A DNA stretch of 64,000 nt. It comes from Camelus ferus. Its lineage: Eukaryota. The notes beneath the pieces were generated by a model. That model searched no databases. It saw nothing but the letters and a program-made list of their open reading frames with translations, and had not been told where the DNA came from. The position numbers and the translations under genes were made by a program. The stretch is from contig NC_045696.1 in assembly GCF_009834535.1 (NCBI RefSeq), positions 71,984,001 through 72,048,000 on the forward strand, written 5' to 3'. Positions 26,208 to 39,452 of this stretch are shown one piece after another; position 1 is the first letter of the stretch, and each line of letters opens with the position of its first letter.

Positions 26208-26734
26208 CCAGGTCTCAGATAGCTGGTTTTTACTGTGGATCTCATTTATTGAGTGGACTTGAGTTAATTTTATACCTTTTTAATTTTTATGTCAGTGTGT
26301 CAGATACGGATTTTAGTTTTGGAAGGAAGCTCTCTTCAGGTCATGCAATCCTACCTTCTCCCTAGTGTAGCAGTCCTACCCTCTGTTTGCAGTCTTCCTA
26401 TTTTGTGGGGTGTTCTGAGCGGCAAGTCTTCAATATCTTGCAAATAAATCTCTTAATAAGTTTCTTAACATTTAACTTACTTTCCTAACCTAAGTCAATT
26501 AAATGTCTCCATGCTACCTACCCAGCAGCATTTTCTACATCCTCTTTATCGTAGTAAATTAACGTACTGTTAAGTGCAGGTGTATAGTGATGGTGACGTG
26601 AGTGGTTTTGTTTTGTTTTGTTTTTCCTGAGAGTTATTCATAGTAGAAAATACTAGGAAGAGCAGGTGCAATAGAAATGTTTTCTGAATATGTTGTTTCC
26701 ACACTTACTGGGGATGTGGGCTTTTTCCCCCTAG

Positions 26735-26951
26735 ATCGTTGGACTGCACACCAACATTGACTTCCTTCTCAGCCTTTCTGGCCACCCAGAGTTTGAAGCT
26801 GGGAATGTGCACACTGATTTCATCCCTCAACATCAAAAAGAACTATTGCCCGGTTGGAAGGCCACAGCCAAAGAGTTTTTATGCCAGGCAGCTCTGGGTC
26901 TCATCCTCAAGGAGAAAGCTATGTCTGATGTTTTCAAAACTCAGACACAAG
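26735..26951 (+). CDS. MCCC1: MCCC1 exon 13 ([72 protein letters not shown])
   Basis: ttccccctag| acceptor, AAG|gtacaa donor. Confidence 0.96.
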
Positions 26952-28149
26952 GTACAAGAATGCTTGTCTCTTTCCTCTGCTTATCAAGATTTTATGAATA
27001 ATTATTGAACATACTTTTCTTTCTTTATGTCACTCCTGCCTCCCTTTTCTGCCCTCAGTGCTTGACACCATCCTCTGCTAATGTGTATTTTAGTGTGAAG
27101 TAGAGCTGTTCACAAAACAAGGATGCACCCTTAAACACTCTAACCCATTAAATAGAAGGTAACTAATCACCTAACAATGTAGAGATGGACTTCTTTTCAG
27201 GCAAACACTAGTTCTCCCCGTATCCCATTCCAGCTTTTTTTTTCTGTTTTTTCAAATTTCCTTTCAATTTCTTTTATTCACCACTCCTTGTGGCCTACTC
27301 TATTGTATCCTTTGTACCTGCAGCAACTTCCTTGGTCCTGGAGACTCAGATTCTCCTTGGGTTACCCATAATTTACTGTTATTTCCTTCTTTCTTTTTCC
27401 ATTTTGCGATCAAATTTCTAACTCCCTAAAGACCTAGGAACTTCTCCATCGTATCACAGAATCTGAACACAGGGAGGACTATAGCAGAGACTCATTCCGG
27501 CTGCCACACACGTGCAGCCCTGCTTCAGCCTCCTCCTAGCACCTCAGGAAGCTGGAAATTCATAATGAAAATTCATTAGCTTATTACCCTTACAGTCAGT
27601 TTTCCAGTTAAGAAGTTCTTCCCTCTGAATTGAGCAAAATCTGAGCTCGCTCAGACTTGCTCCATAACGTTTACTCAGGCTAACTGATCTTTGGAGCAAA
27701 CAGAAAAAAAAAAAATTGAATCTGTTTATCCCATCATCATTATTGGGATTATTATATTATTATAGGATCCCATTGTTAGGATCTTTAATTTCTAGATTCA
27801 TTCAAGAAAATGATATTGAAATGTAGTATATAAGTATATCTTTAAGAGATTTATTCTCTGGCCTCATTTTGCCATTTTACATTAAATAAATGCATCTAAA
27901 TACACTCCATATGATATTCCTAAGCCTGAACTTAGCATTTTTAGAAAGGAGTGTCCTTTTACTCTCACTTACCTTTTTAAAATTTATAACCAGCACAGAT
28001 AGGAGTTTCAGAATAAATTGCTTCAATTTGGCTATGCTGGATATGGTCCAGCAGCAGGTGTACACGCAAATGTCTCTGGGGTGGACCAGCAACAGAAGAA
28101 TAAAAGAGGCCAGGTGAAGGAAAAATAGTGAGTGGTAGAGATTTGGATG

Positions 28150-28370
28150 ACCTGGAGTGCATTTGCCCTGTCAAAGGGGTGACCACTATACAGCTTATGC
28201 CACCAGAGAATGAGAGTTTAAGTGAAAATATTCTGATTTTTCAAGAGAAACTGGGATTTTTTTTTATATGGAATTTCCTGAGACGTAAATGAAAGTATCT
28301 AATTTAAATTTAAAGCAATGAATAGAACAAAGAAAACACATTTGAGCTGCCAGTAAAGGACCTGTGTTTT
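28150..28370. mobile_element. MER102-like hAT fossil
   Basis: ttctgatttttcaagagaaactgggatttt; a similar element lies at 48993-49280. Confidence 0.5.
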
Positions 28371-28450
28371 ATGTTTTCTTTTGTGAGGTATAAATTTGGT
28401 AGGGTTGATGTTCATAAATTTGTTGTTGAATTAAAAAAAATTTTTTTTAG

Positions 28451-28537
28451 ATCAGTATTCTCCTTTTGCATCCAGCAGTGGAAGAAGACTGAATATCTGT
28501 TACACCAGAAACATGACTCTTAAGGATGGTAAAAACA
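28451..28537 (+). CDS. MCCC1: MCCC1 exon 14 ([29 protein letters not shown])
   Basis: ttttttttag| acceptor, ACA|gtaagt donor. Confidence 0.96.
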
Positions 28538-30359
28538 GTAAGTAATGTTTTATTAAAAGATAAATGTGCTTCGTAGAAATAGATCACATTTACCTGAAAA
28601 AAAAAAGCAATTCAGCCTGGCTGCAATCAGTCAATTACATTTTTTAACATCCCTAGCCTAAACTTTGGAAGGAAGTATGCCAAAATAATGGAATTGATTT
28701 GCTCTGGGTAGAGTTAATGGTATTTGTTTTTCTTGTTTACGCTTTTCCATATTTTGTAAATATTTTTTAAAACATGTCATAAAACATACATAGCAAAATG
28801 ACTAAAATGAAATATGCCAAAACATCAGTGAGTTTTCTGTCAGATGGTGGGATTTGAGTAGCCTTTTTTCCCCGTTTCTTTGTACTTTCTTAGCTTTGAA
28901 ATTTTTCTTCGATGAGAACGTATTACTTTTAAACAAGAAAAACAATAACCAAAACTACTCTGTGGAAGGATTACCCATTGCTCAGGCAGTTTCAGGTGGA
29001 AGTGGGTTACTCAAGAGCTATAATTTATTAATGTTATCACGTGTAAATTTTTATCTTCATAACAACTTAATGAAGAAGAGTCACTGTTATACCCACATAT
29101 TGCTGATGAAACTGAGGCTTGGGAAATGTAGTAACTTAATGAAGGCTAGTTAGTGTCAAAGCCAAGATTGACACCATTCTTTCTAACCTTGACTCCTATG
29201 CTATTTCTACCACTTTTCCAGTGGAAAAATGATTTTTGATTGCAAACTAATTTGAGTAGGCTTAGAATAGGGCCTGATTTATTGTAACTGAAGGTAGGAG
29301 AGGCTGACACCTAAGCCAAAAGGCAGTTTATAAACTATGGCTGAAACAGTGTACCAGAGGGACCAGAATCCTGTAGAAGCAGATGGCTATATTCCTTCTG
29401 CTGCAGGATAGTTTGCCTGGGAAGCCAAATGGGTGCAGAGTCAGAGCTGGGAGGGTTGGATAACCTTGAATGTGAGATGTCACTGAACTGTGATAGCTCC
29501 ATTATAAAGATGTACGTACTAGGTAGAGCAGAATCCTCCTGCCAGCTCATCACAGCATCCTCCTCCCTGGACAGAGTAGAAATTTCTTTACCTCAGATCT
29601 TTGTAGACATCCACTCACTTGTTAACAGATTTTTCTTCACAGAAATTGATTGGGTTATAGCTCTTTAGGTATTTTTTCATTCTGAGCCTAGATGGTCTTT
29701 GCCCTAAGTGCATTGAGTACATGGAAGGAAAGTTTGCAGACATTTCTTATAAAGTAGCATTTTGCAAATGGTTAACATATCTGCTGGTGTGTTTATTTAT
29801 TTTACCTTAAAAAAATAGTCTTCAAAATGTGGGTATATTTTACCGTGGACTCCTGTATGCTGAATACAAGTATCAGCAGCAGAGTTTCAGTGGCCTCTTC
29901 AACCTAAATTAAACAGAAAAGTCACGTGTAATTAAAATTCAGATGAGCCAACTGTGTTATTTGGCACAGAGACTCTGATCAGTGTTTTGAATTATACTGC
30001 ACTTCCTGGAATTTTTTTTAAATTTTAAAATAAATAAGTATATAATCAAAAAACCACTATGAGTGCTGTTCACTACATCCTTTTCGTAATACTTTTGAAC
30101 AGTAATCCAGGACTGAATGTAACTTCTTTCAGAAATGTTGTGGTGAGTGTTTAATAAATGCTAATCAGCAGTGACCGTGGTTGACTAAGAGAATGTGCCA
30201 AGCAGGAACTCTAAGGACCCAAAAGCATTTGTGAGTCTAAAGTAGAACCAACTCCTAATGATCTCAGTGAAAACAATCCAGTATTTTAAATATTCAAGGC
30301 TTGAAAAATAATCTTCCTTTGTTACTATGGCTATGTGTCACAGAACCCTGCTCTACACT

Positions 30360-30610
30360 TAATAATAATAGCTAAGATTTATTGAGTGTTTGGTATATGT
30401 CTGACACTGTGTTAAGCACTTTCTATGGATTATTTCGTTTGCATTTTCAGAATAGGCCAATGAGACAGTGTTATTATTAGTGTCAACTTTATAAATTGGG
30501 AATTAAGGCTTAGAAAGACTAATAATTTTCTTAAAGTTGCACCAAAAGTAATTGATGGAGCCAGAATTTGAACCCACACTCCAGGGTACATGCACTTAAC
30601 CTGATCTTAA
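30360..30610 (-). mobile_element. MIR SINE
   Basis: aataatagctaagatttattgagtgtt...ggagccagaatttgaaccca. Confidence 0.8.
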
Positions 30611-31034
30611 GCATAGTACCCCATGCTACACTTATATGCCTCGTTAAATATATAAGAGGATGTTTAAGGTTCTCTTGTAGGGGGTCAAGAGATGTCTAAA
30701 GGAGGAATGAACAAGTCCAGTTACTCTGTAATATATAAAAGAATTTAGAGTTTTCCTGGCAATGTTTTTACTATGATTCTGTTGACATCTGCCAGTTAAA
30801 CACTTTTCATACTTTATAAATGGAAAGAAAACTGATATGGTGTAATTAGATGTATTTTCTCTTAACAAAGTTTAAAGATATCAACGAAATATAGGGTGAA
30901 GAAGTTTCATTCATTCATACATTCAATACAAAGTTTTTGGAAAAAAAAAGATATTCTGAGTAATGCAAAGAAGAGAGAAAAAAGATATAAGGAATTTACC
31001 ATTTGGCAAGGGGAGAAGTGTATATGCTGGCAAG

Positions 31035-31290
31035 TTGAATGGTGTAGTGGTTAATAATGCAGGTCCTGGAGTTAGACTCTGTGGGTTTTGAATTTTGGCT
31101 CCCCTCTTGTCTGACTCTTGGGCAAGTCACACACTCTCAGCATCAGGTGTCCTCAACCATAAATGGGGATGGTAGTGGCAGTTACTTCCTTAGGTTGTTG
31201 TGTATGTTGAATGAGACAACACATGTAAAGGAATTAGCTCATTGTATGGCCTCTAGCAAGCAGTCAGTAAACAGTAGCTGTTATTGTCAT
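31035..31290 (+). mobile_element. MIR SINE
   Basis: ggtgtagtggttaata...ctggagttagac...gggttttgaatt...cttgggcaagtcac. Confidence 0.85.
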
Positions 31291-31559
31291 CATCATCATC
31301 ATTATTAAACTGTCCCCTTGCTACTATGGAAAGAACAAAGTAGATATGTATGTCACATTTAATCTTAAAAAAGTAGGTTACAGAACAATATGTATAACAA
31401 TATCCTATTCTTATAAAAGGAAAAAATAAACTTGTACATTTTAAAAGGTCTGAAAGGATTCGTGCATTAAAGAGTTTAACAGTGATACATCTGGGCAATA
31501 AAGAGGACTTTCACTTTTTCTTTTATATATTTCAGTATTTGACTTTTGTGAATATTTGA

Positions 31560-32410
31560 AACTTTTAAAAGCAGCTGATAAAGGGAAAAAATCTATCATA
31601 AAATAGATGAGGGGAGAATCATAGTGAAGTCTGAATGTTCAGAAAGAGAACTCATTCCACCTAGACAGATTCTTCCCAAGGACAGTGAGTGCGTGATGTG
31701 AGCAGTGATTGGGGTCTCAGTCGGTATGGCTGGGGACCAGCAGCGTGTGAAGGAGGAGCATGAGCAAAGAGGCACGATTTCAGGGAAGGCTAGAGACATA
31801 TATGGAGAATATTAATTGGCCCATTTTCCCATTTGTTTGGGACACAGGACTGTGTAGAAGAATGGTGGGAAATAAAACTAGGAGTTTGGTGCCTTCCATA
31901 GCATGCTAGGCCAAGTATTTTGAATGGGGGAGGGGGGCATTCTGGGAAGCATCAGCTGGAAGGGCTGGGACTGGAAGCAGGAAGTTCCGGGAAAACCTCC
32001 TCAGAGTCAGCCATGCTGGAGAATGGGGGCCTGAATCAGGGTAGAGCAGTGGAAATGAAAAGGAAGAAATGTAGAGGACAGGTCCTTAAAGGGAAGAATT
32101 TGACCACTTTATGGTAACTATTGGAGGTGGAAATCAAAGAAGGATGAGGCAAGAATGACAGGTTATAAACCTGGATGACAAGGAGAATGATGGTGTCAGT
32201 CATCAAGCTCACAGGTCAGCAGGGAAAGCAGGAGGAAGGAGAGATGATTTGTTGGACCCACCATGTTTATTTAAGATGTCAATGGAGGATCCTGTGGGGA
32301 ATGACTTAACTGGAGTTCTAGAGAAGGAAGGTCAAGGCTAGAGACAGACTTAAGCTGGCAGCATCCAAATGCTGGTTGACGTGTCAGGAGTAGATGAGAT
32401 GACTTTGGTC
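31560..32410 (-). mobile_element. L2 LINE fragment
   Basis: purine-rich L2-like tracts (gggcctgaatcagggtagagcagtggaaatg..., gagaatgatggtgtca). Confidence 0.65.
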
Positions 32411-32962
32411 TGCGTTCTCCACCCCACAAAATTTCCATTTCCTAGGATAGTCTTTAACCTATTCTGTCTTCACATGATAATATGAATGTATTGTATATTA
32501 TATTTGTATAGTCTGTTACAGTTTATAAAGTACTTTCACTTTCAATTACTGTTACATTCTCATACCCAATTAATGGATCAGAATAGGTCAGAAAATCAAG
32601 ACTCAGAGGTGACCATGCCCCAGATGGCAGATTTGAGTCTTAAGTCAGAATTTCTCTTACTCAATTAATTACATTTTCTACTATGACACGACTGCCTTTC
32701 TTGTTGAGGGGGAAATATATGAAATGTCTTACAATCTTAAAAAAGCTGAAACTCCAATTTTAAAAAAGAAAAGTTTGAAATTCACCATTATTGAAACCTG
32801 TTTAATTTTTTTTTTAAGTCTTTATTGCCAGAGAGTTAGAAGATGTTGACATCCCTAACAACTAGTTATCCTTAGGTTGAAAGTGAGGTTTTCAGAATCT
32901 CAGTTACTGAATAAATGAATGTCTTCTAATTTTTCTTCAATTTCCCCCCTTTTTCCATAAAG

Positions 32963-33012
32963 ATGTAGCCATAGCTGTAACATATAACCGTGATGGGTCA
33001 TATAGCATGCAG
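32963..33012 (+). CDS. MCCC1: MCCC1 exon 15 (NVAIAVTYNRDGSYSMQ)
   Basis: pyrimidine tract + ccataaag| acceptor, CAG|gtaagc donor; 50 nt keeps the frame. Confidence 0.95.
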
Positions 33013-33244
33013 GTAAGCCTTCTTGGTTTCGTTCTACAGTTCAGAGCTAAATCTGGTCTCTCTCATACTGAGTAGAGTCTTTTTTCACTCTCTACTTTCT
33101 CTTAAGCCATTAATTATTATGACTGTAGTTAGGAGAATGTTATGTGCTTTCATTTCAGACCAATTTGGAGAAATTAGCCCCTATACAGTTTATGAATATC
33201 TACTCAGTTTGGCTGTGATTTCCTTAAGAATAGAAATGTGGTAA

Positions 33245-33282
33245 AATAATAATAATAATAACAACAACAACAGCAGCAGCAG
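33245..33282. repeat. Compound trinucleotide repeat (AAT)n(AAC)n(AGC)n
   Basis: aataataataataataacaacaacaacagcagcagcagc. Confidence 0.9.
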
Positions 33283-33337
33283 CTTTGAATCAGACACTTA
33301 ACAAGCCCCTAAAATATGTGCATACATTTACATCTAA

Positions 33338-34597
33338 AGCAGCAGTTTGCAAACTTTTTGGTCTGAAGGCTTCTATATACTCTTAAAATTTATTGGGACT
33401 CCCCAAAGAGCTTTTGTTTGTGTTAGTTACATTTATTTAATATTTACCATTTAAAAAATTGCTCTGAGCAAAAAAAAAAATTATTATTATTTTAATGTAT
33501 TTTTAAAAATAAACATAATATATAAACTATAGAGATTAGAGGCATTAAATACATTCACATTGTTGGGCAACCATCACCACCATCCATCCACAGAACTTTT
33601 CTTCTCTTGCAAAATTGAAATCCGGTAGCCATTAAACAGTAAGAGCCCATTCCCTCTTCTCCACCTGCTCTCCCCAGGCCCCTGACAATCACTATTCTAC
33701 TTTTTGTCTCTATACATTTGACTATTCTAGGTACCTCGTGTAAGTTGAGTCATTCAGCATTATTCTTTCTGTAATTGGCTAATTTCACTTAGCTTAATGT
33801 CTTTGAGGTACTTCATGTTGTAATATATGTCCGAATCTCCTTCCTTTTTAAAGCTGAATAATATTCCATTGTTTGGATATACCGTACTATTTATTTCTTC
33901 ATCTATCGATGGACAGTTGGGTTGCTTCCAGCTTATGCCTATTGTGAATAATGCTGCTGTGAACATTGGTATACAAATACCTCTTCAAGACCATTTTGAA
34001 TTCTTTTGGGTATATAACCAAAGAAGTAGAATTACTGGATCATATGGTAATTCTTTCTTTAATTTTGGTGGGAACTAATGTACTCTTCCATAGTGTCTAT
34101 ACCATTTTGCATTCCCACCAACAGTGCACTGAAGTTCCAGTTTCTCCTCATCCTTCCTTGCCAACTTGTATTTTGTTTGTTTTGGTTTTTTTCTTTTTCT
34201 CCTTAAAAAAAACTCCTGAGGTGTGTGAAGTTGCATCTCACTGTGGTTTTGATTTGCATTTCCATAATGACTTAAAATGTTAAGTATCTTTTCATGTGCT
34301 AATTGGCAATTTTTTTTAAATTTTCTTTTGAGAAATGTCTATTCAAGTTATTTGCCTTTTTTTTAATTGGGTTGAGTGACAGGATAAACTGAGAAAAGTT
34401 TAAAACCTAAGATTACACAAGCACATGTTGCATTAGCAATTAGAGGGATATTATAACATGTCCTACAGTCTAGAAAATTCCATGGTATGCTTGGTGAGAG
34501 AATGAATGTTAAAAAGACAAATGACATTCTATTATTATGAAGTAGTTTGACTCTGTGGAACCCCTAAAGGGGTTTTGGGGACCCCAGTGGATCTCAG
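33338..34597. mobile_element. hAT-Charlie-type element (33338-33470 and 34385-34597) interrupted by an L1
   Basis: cagcagtttgcaaactttttggtc...cccaaagagcttttgttt and resumption at aaactgagaaa...ggggaccccag. Confidence 0.65.
33480..34375 (-). mobile_element. L1MA/MB-like 3' end
   Basis: ORF 33760..33966 MFTAALFTI...WKQPNCPS; 3'UTR cattcacattgttgggcaaccatcaccaccatccat. Confidence 0.9.
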
Positions 34598-34637
34598 TTT
34601 TTAAAAGTTCATTAAACTGGCAAAATGAAATGCTAGA

Positions 34638-34790
34638 GGGGGAGGGTATAGCTCAAGTGGCAGAGCTCATGCTTAACATGCATGAGGTCTTGGGTTCAAT
34701 CCCCAGTACCTCCTCTAAAAATAAATAAAATAAACCTAATTACCTCCCTCCCCACCCCCCCCAAAAAAAAGAAAAAGAAAAAAGAAAATA
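34638..34790 (+). mobile_element. Full-length Vic-1-type tRNA-derived SINE
   Basis: GGGGGAGGGTATAGCTCAAGTGG (A box 34649-34660), GGTTCAATCCC (B box 34693-34703), AAACCTAATTACCTCCC, A-rich tail. Confidence 0.92.
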
Positions 34791-36078
34791 CATGTATGAG
34801 TTTTTTTAAAAAATGCCAAAAGGGTTAAAAAGCAATGTGAGAACCCAACTAAATTCCTATAGTAAGTACAAATTCAGAGACTAAAATAAATCATTTTTAG
34901 TATGAGGTAAGAAATTTCAAATCCTGCAAAACAAATTTATCAGTAATGCACTTTAGATCCCCCAACACTTTGAGACACATTGGGTTTTTTTCTCTGAGAT
35001 TCAGAAAAATGATGGAACATCTACCTCCTTTAGTATATGAGAGCTGCAGTTCTTTTGGTACCTCTAGTTTAGGGACCCCTTCTTATCCCTTGGTAAATGA
35101 TAAAGTAAATTGCAAATTTCTTCTCATCTGCTCATGAAACTACATTCACAAATTTAGAATGTGCTTTTGTGAATCATTAAACAAAACTGTTCCCAAACTA
35201 ACCTTTATGTCCTGAGAATCCCACAAACATTCAAGTGGCTGTTTTAGTAGGTTACAAAGCAGAGTAAAATGTCATATTTAACTTAGGATAGGTGAAAACC
35301 AATGTATAAATACTGCAGTGTGACCTGTTTCACTTTAGCCTACATAATATATTTGAAAAGAATAGCCGCAGGACTCTGACACTGACATGGGAATTGAGGT
35401 GAAAAATAGAGAAGATTTCAATGGGTTTTCTGTGTGTAAGGGAAATTTTTTTTCTTGGGTGTATATGTGAGAAAACATCCTTTAAAACAGAAAAGTTTCA
35501 TGTCCTTTTGTCAGCTATTTTGAAAGATTAAGTGTGAAATCTGTTCTTCAGTACTCTGTCTTAGAGTAAGAAAATTGTGGTCAATCTTCAGCTAATTTAT
35601 CTTCTTAAATCGTGACTGTAACCCATAAATTGGATCTACATGTTGGTGAGATAAAAGAAATCTATCTAATTATGTGCTTCTGGCTTTTTTCATTATTGAC
35701 TTTGACACAGTAAAACTAAATTTGACTTTGGGTACTCAGAAATGAGTATTAACATATACTCAACTGAATTTTAATAATTTTGCTTACTTTGATTTGTATT
35801 TCTTTTTTCCTTTTTTACTGCTATTCTTAAGTGAACCTCTATCTGTTGCATTATGGTGCTGTAGATGTATAACCACTTTTTTCTTTTAATTATCTTAACT
35901 GCTGTTTCTTTCTAGAGCATTTTGTTTATGAATCTTAGGGGGAAATTTCCTACATAACTTAAAAAATTTTTTTTACCTACTACCTTTTGAAACTATTACT
36001 AGTAAAGAATTGATTTTGATTTTAGTTCTATAGGATTGTTTGTTTATTTTAAGGATCTTACTTTTCTGTTTTTTTCAG

Positions 36079-36216
36079 ATTGAAGATAAAACTTTCCATG
36101 TCCTTGGTGATCTTTACAGCGAGGGAGACTGCACCTACCTGAAATCTTCTGTTAATGGAGTTGCCAGTAAAACTAAGCTAATTATCCTGGACAACACTAT
36201 TTACCTATTTTCCATG
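36079..36216 (+). CDS. MCCC1: MCCC1 exon 16 ([46 protein letters not shown])
   Basis: tttttcag| acceptor, ATG|gtagtg donor (ORF 36040..36255). Confidence 0.95.
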
Positions 36217-37050
36217 GTAGTGTCTCTTCTTTATAATAACACTATTGGAGTTTGAGAGAAAGTTGCTTGGCCAAAGGCATTCCACTGAGTTATTATTAGA
36301 AAGATCCTGCTTCCTTCGCTCACTGCTGTGACATTTTCTCTATTTCCCTTTCACTGTTTCTTTGTCACATTCCCGCCTTCTCTAGTTCTCCATTCATCCC
36401 TTTTGTTCTCACATATTCTCACTGACAGACACATACTTTCTTCCTTTAATCCTCAAATACCCTAACCCTCTTGTCACAGCATGTCTCCCTGCTCGGGGAG
36501 CAGTGTTCTCTCAGGGATTGGTGCCTGAACACTAACGGTACCTACCTCATAAGGTTGTTGTGACAATCAATGACGTAATATATGTATAATTGTTAAGAAC
36601 AGTTCCTGGCTTAGACTAAGCACTTGATAGTGGGGATACTGCTAAAAATGGCTTCCAGACAGTGCCTGTCTTTTACCAACAGTGATTAATTATTTTAATC
36701 CCCTGTGAGGCTTGTATGCTGTTATTTCTTTATAATAGGAGACGATGACTGAGAGGGGTTTAGTAATTTGCTTAGGGTCACAAAGCTAGGTTAGAACCCT
36801 GGTATTAAAGGTGACTAATATTTAACATAGCTTGGAAAACAATCATATGTACATCTATCAAAATTCATCAAAGTACATGTCTGGAATATGTGTAGTTTAC
36901 GGAAACCATACCACAATAAAAGTGTTTAAAAAAAAGCAAAGCAATCATTACCTCAGGTATATTACTAAAGCTGCAGTGATAAGATCTTGATTTAATTTCC
37001 AGTTTATATTATATAAATATATATCCTATAAATATCATTTCTCTGTATAG

Positions 37051-37158
37051 GATGGAAATACTCAGATTGGCATTCCAGTCCCCAAATACTTGTCTTCAGT
37101 GAGCTCAGAAGGAACACAGGGAGGTGCCATAGCTCCTATGACTGGAACCATTGAAAAG
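37051..37158 (+). CDS. MCCC1: MCCC1 exon 17 ([36 protein letters not shown])
   Basis: ctctgtatag| acceptor, AAG|gtaatg donor; APMxG start of biotinyl domain. Confidence 0.96.
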
Positions 37159-38232
37159 GTAATGACGTGAATGTATGTGGAACGATGCAGGAAGGCCTGA
37201 TAAATGTCTTTGTTGAACTTTGTTTGTGTACCCTTTTCCCCTCTTTCTAAGTCTTGCTCACTGGAAAGCATCCATTTCAAGAAAACAAGAGGATTTTTAT
37301 AGATTCCAGTTCTATATTACAGTTGAACTTTAATGAAAATACAATTTACCTAATTTATGATAAAGACTGTTCTTTGAAGTGGGAATTTTCATCAAAGTAC
37401 AAGTTGTCTTTTTATGGTTACAGTGGAACATTCACCAAGCATTATCCAAAACATAAAAGGTATTGGTGAAGAACAGTGTAGTTCGGTGTTGGATGCAGTA
37501 CATGTTCAGAGTTGAGGTCCATACTGATGTAACTTCAGTGATGATAGATCAGTAGTCTCCTTTTATATCCTTGAACACAGTAGAGTCCCCTCAAATGCAT
37601 TTAAGTCATAAAAATTCAACTGTATATTCTTGGTACCAACAAATAAAAGAAGAAGAAAGCAACCATTTAAATAGTGTGAGTGATTTCACCCACCATTCCC
37701 CTCTGGAGGTGTGTGCCCCCAAAGGTGACAGTGGACTTGGGGACTCGGATCTGCCTTTTGCTCATTCAGTCTCAGTTCCCACAGGCCTCTGGTAATCCCT
37801 GCCCAGGGTGTGCACAGGGTTTACGTTTAAAGGCACTTTTCAGACCATTGATTTCATCAAATGCTACTAATAAACATCACCCAGTGTTGAGTGATTGTGG
37901 GACTTGCTGGCTGTTTCTCATTTTTCACAACTTTGGCTATACACGTTGACTTTAGAACCTAACTCTATTGTGTGACGTTTCTAAAAACTACCTGATAACC
38001 ATGTTAACCAAGAAAACAGTGAAACAGTGTGGGATATGTGAGTTCATTTATACCTGAAAAAAGGAAAATAAAGGTATTTTTCTGGGTCGCCAGTAAGTTG
38101 AATTTTGCCACATGAAGATTGTTTATACATTTACCACACAAGATCCTGAAGACTTGAAACACTATCCTATACAACCTAAAAACTGGAAAACCAGGCAAGA
38201 CCCTGCCTGTCGTGAAAACATTTAAGGATAGT

Positions 38233-38689
38233 ATAGACATATCTCAAGAGATACTGCAGGTTCAGCTCCAGACTACCGCAGTAAAGTGAGTCACACAAAT
38301 TTTTTAGTTTTCCAGTGCATATAAAAGTTATGTTTACACTATATTGAATGAGTGACTGGTGTATGAAGATAGTGACTCCTCTCAACCCCCAAGCACACCA
38401 TAAAATGTTATTTTCACTGTGTGCAGTAGCATTATGTCTGAAAAAATGCTAACGTCATCTGCACCATCAATGAGTCATAACCTTTTTGTTGGCAGAGGGT
38501 TTGAGATATCACGAGAATTACCAAAATGTGACACAGACACAAAGTGAACAAATGCTGTTTGAAGAATGTCGCCCATAAACTTGCTCCAGGCAGAGTTGGC
38601 ACAAATCTTTAATTTGGGGGTAGGGTGAGGGAGGGAGCAATATCTGCAAAGCACAATAAAATGAAGAGCTATAAAACGAGGTATGCCTG
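38233..38689 (-). mobile_element. Internally deleted Tigger1-type (TcMar) DNA transposon
   Basis: terminal inverted repeats tagacatatctc.../...gaggtatgcctg with TA flanks; both ends match recalled Tigger1. Confidence 0.85.
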
Positions 38690-39007
38690 TAGTCCTTCCC
38701 TGTTGGTTGTGTGTCTTGTCTGCACATTTATGGAAAGACAGAAGGATCTCAAAATACATAAAGTGTATTCATCTGATTCAAGGAAAACTAGATGGATTAG
38801 GGGGTGGGGTGGGGAGCTGAGGAGTGCCCCCCACTGACGACAGTGCCCACAATGCCAGGCTGACCTGTGGGTCTCTGATTTGTGCCAGTGTGTTTGTATT
38901 TGTCAGACAAGACAACCACATAGACTTCAGCTGTGTACGTTTGTATTCCAACTCTATACCACAAAGGACCTCTATGTTTTTAAATATTAGCCTGTCTTAA
39001 TCTCTAG

Positions 39008-39109
<102 letters not shown>

Positions 39110-39452
39110 TAAACTTTGGGAGCTTTCATTCCTAATCATTCTTTTGCCTTATTTTGTAAGTTAAGACCATTTTAAATATTAAGAGCCATGGGCTGATGAA
39201 GCATTAACTGCAGGAAACAAAACAAAACCATCCATCTCTTAAATAAATTTTCATTTTAATTTTGTGAGCTCATACCTGTCGTTTCTGATTCTGAAATTAT
39301 CAATAGCTTAGATTCAGGCAGTAACCCAATTAAATGTTAATTTATTGATATTTTCAAAGCCAAACTAAGGATGCCAAGCATCAGTATCAAAGTGAAAACC
39401 TCGATCAAATTGAATCAGCTGTTTAGGTTTTTAGATGGCTAGAAATTGTAGG

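Noticed and set aside
34638..34715. tRNA-like sequence with A and B boxes
   Set aside because: Followed by a SINE-specific tail and present in several diverged copies; a SINE, not a tRNA gene.
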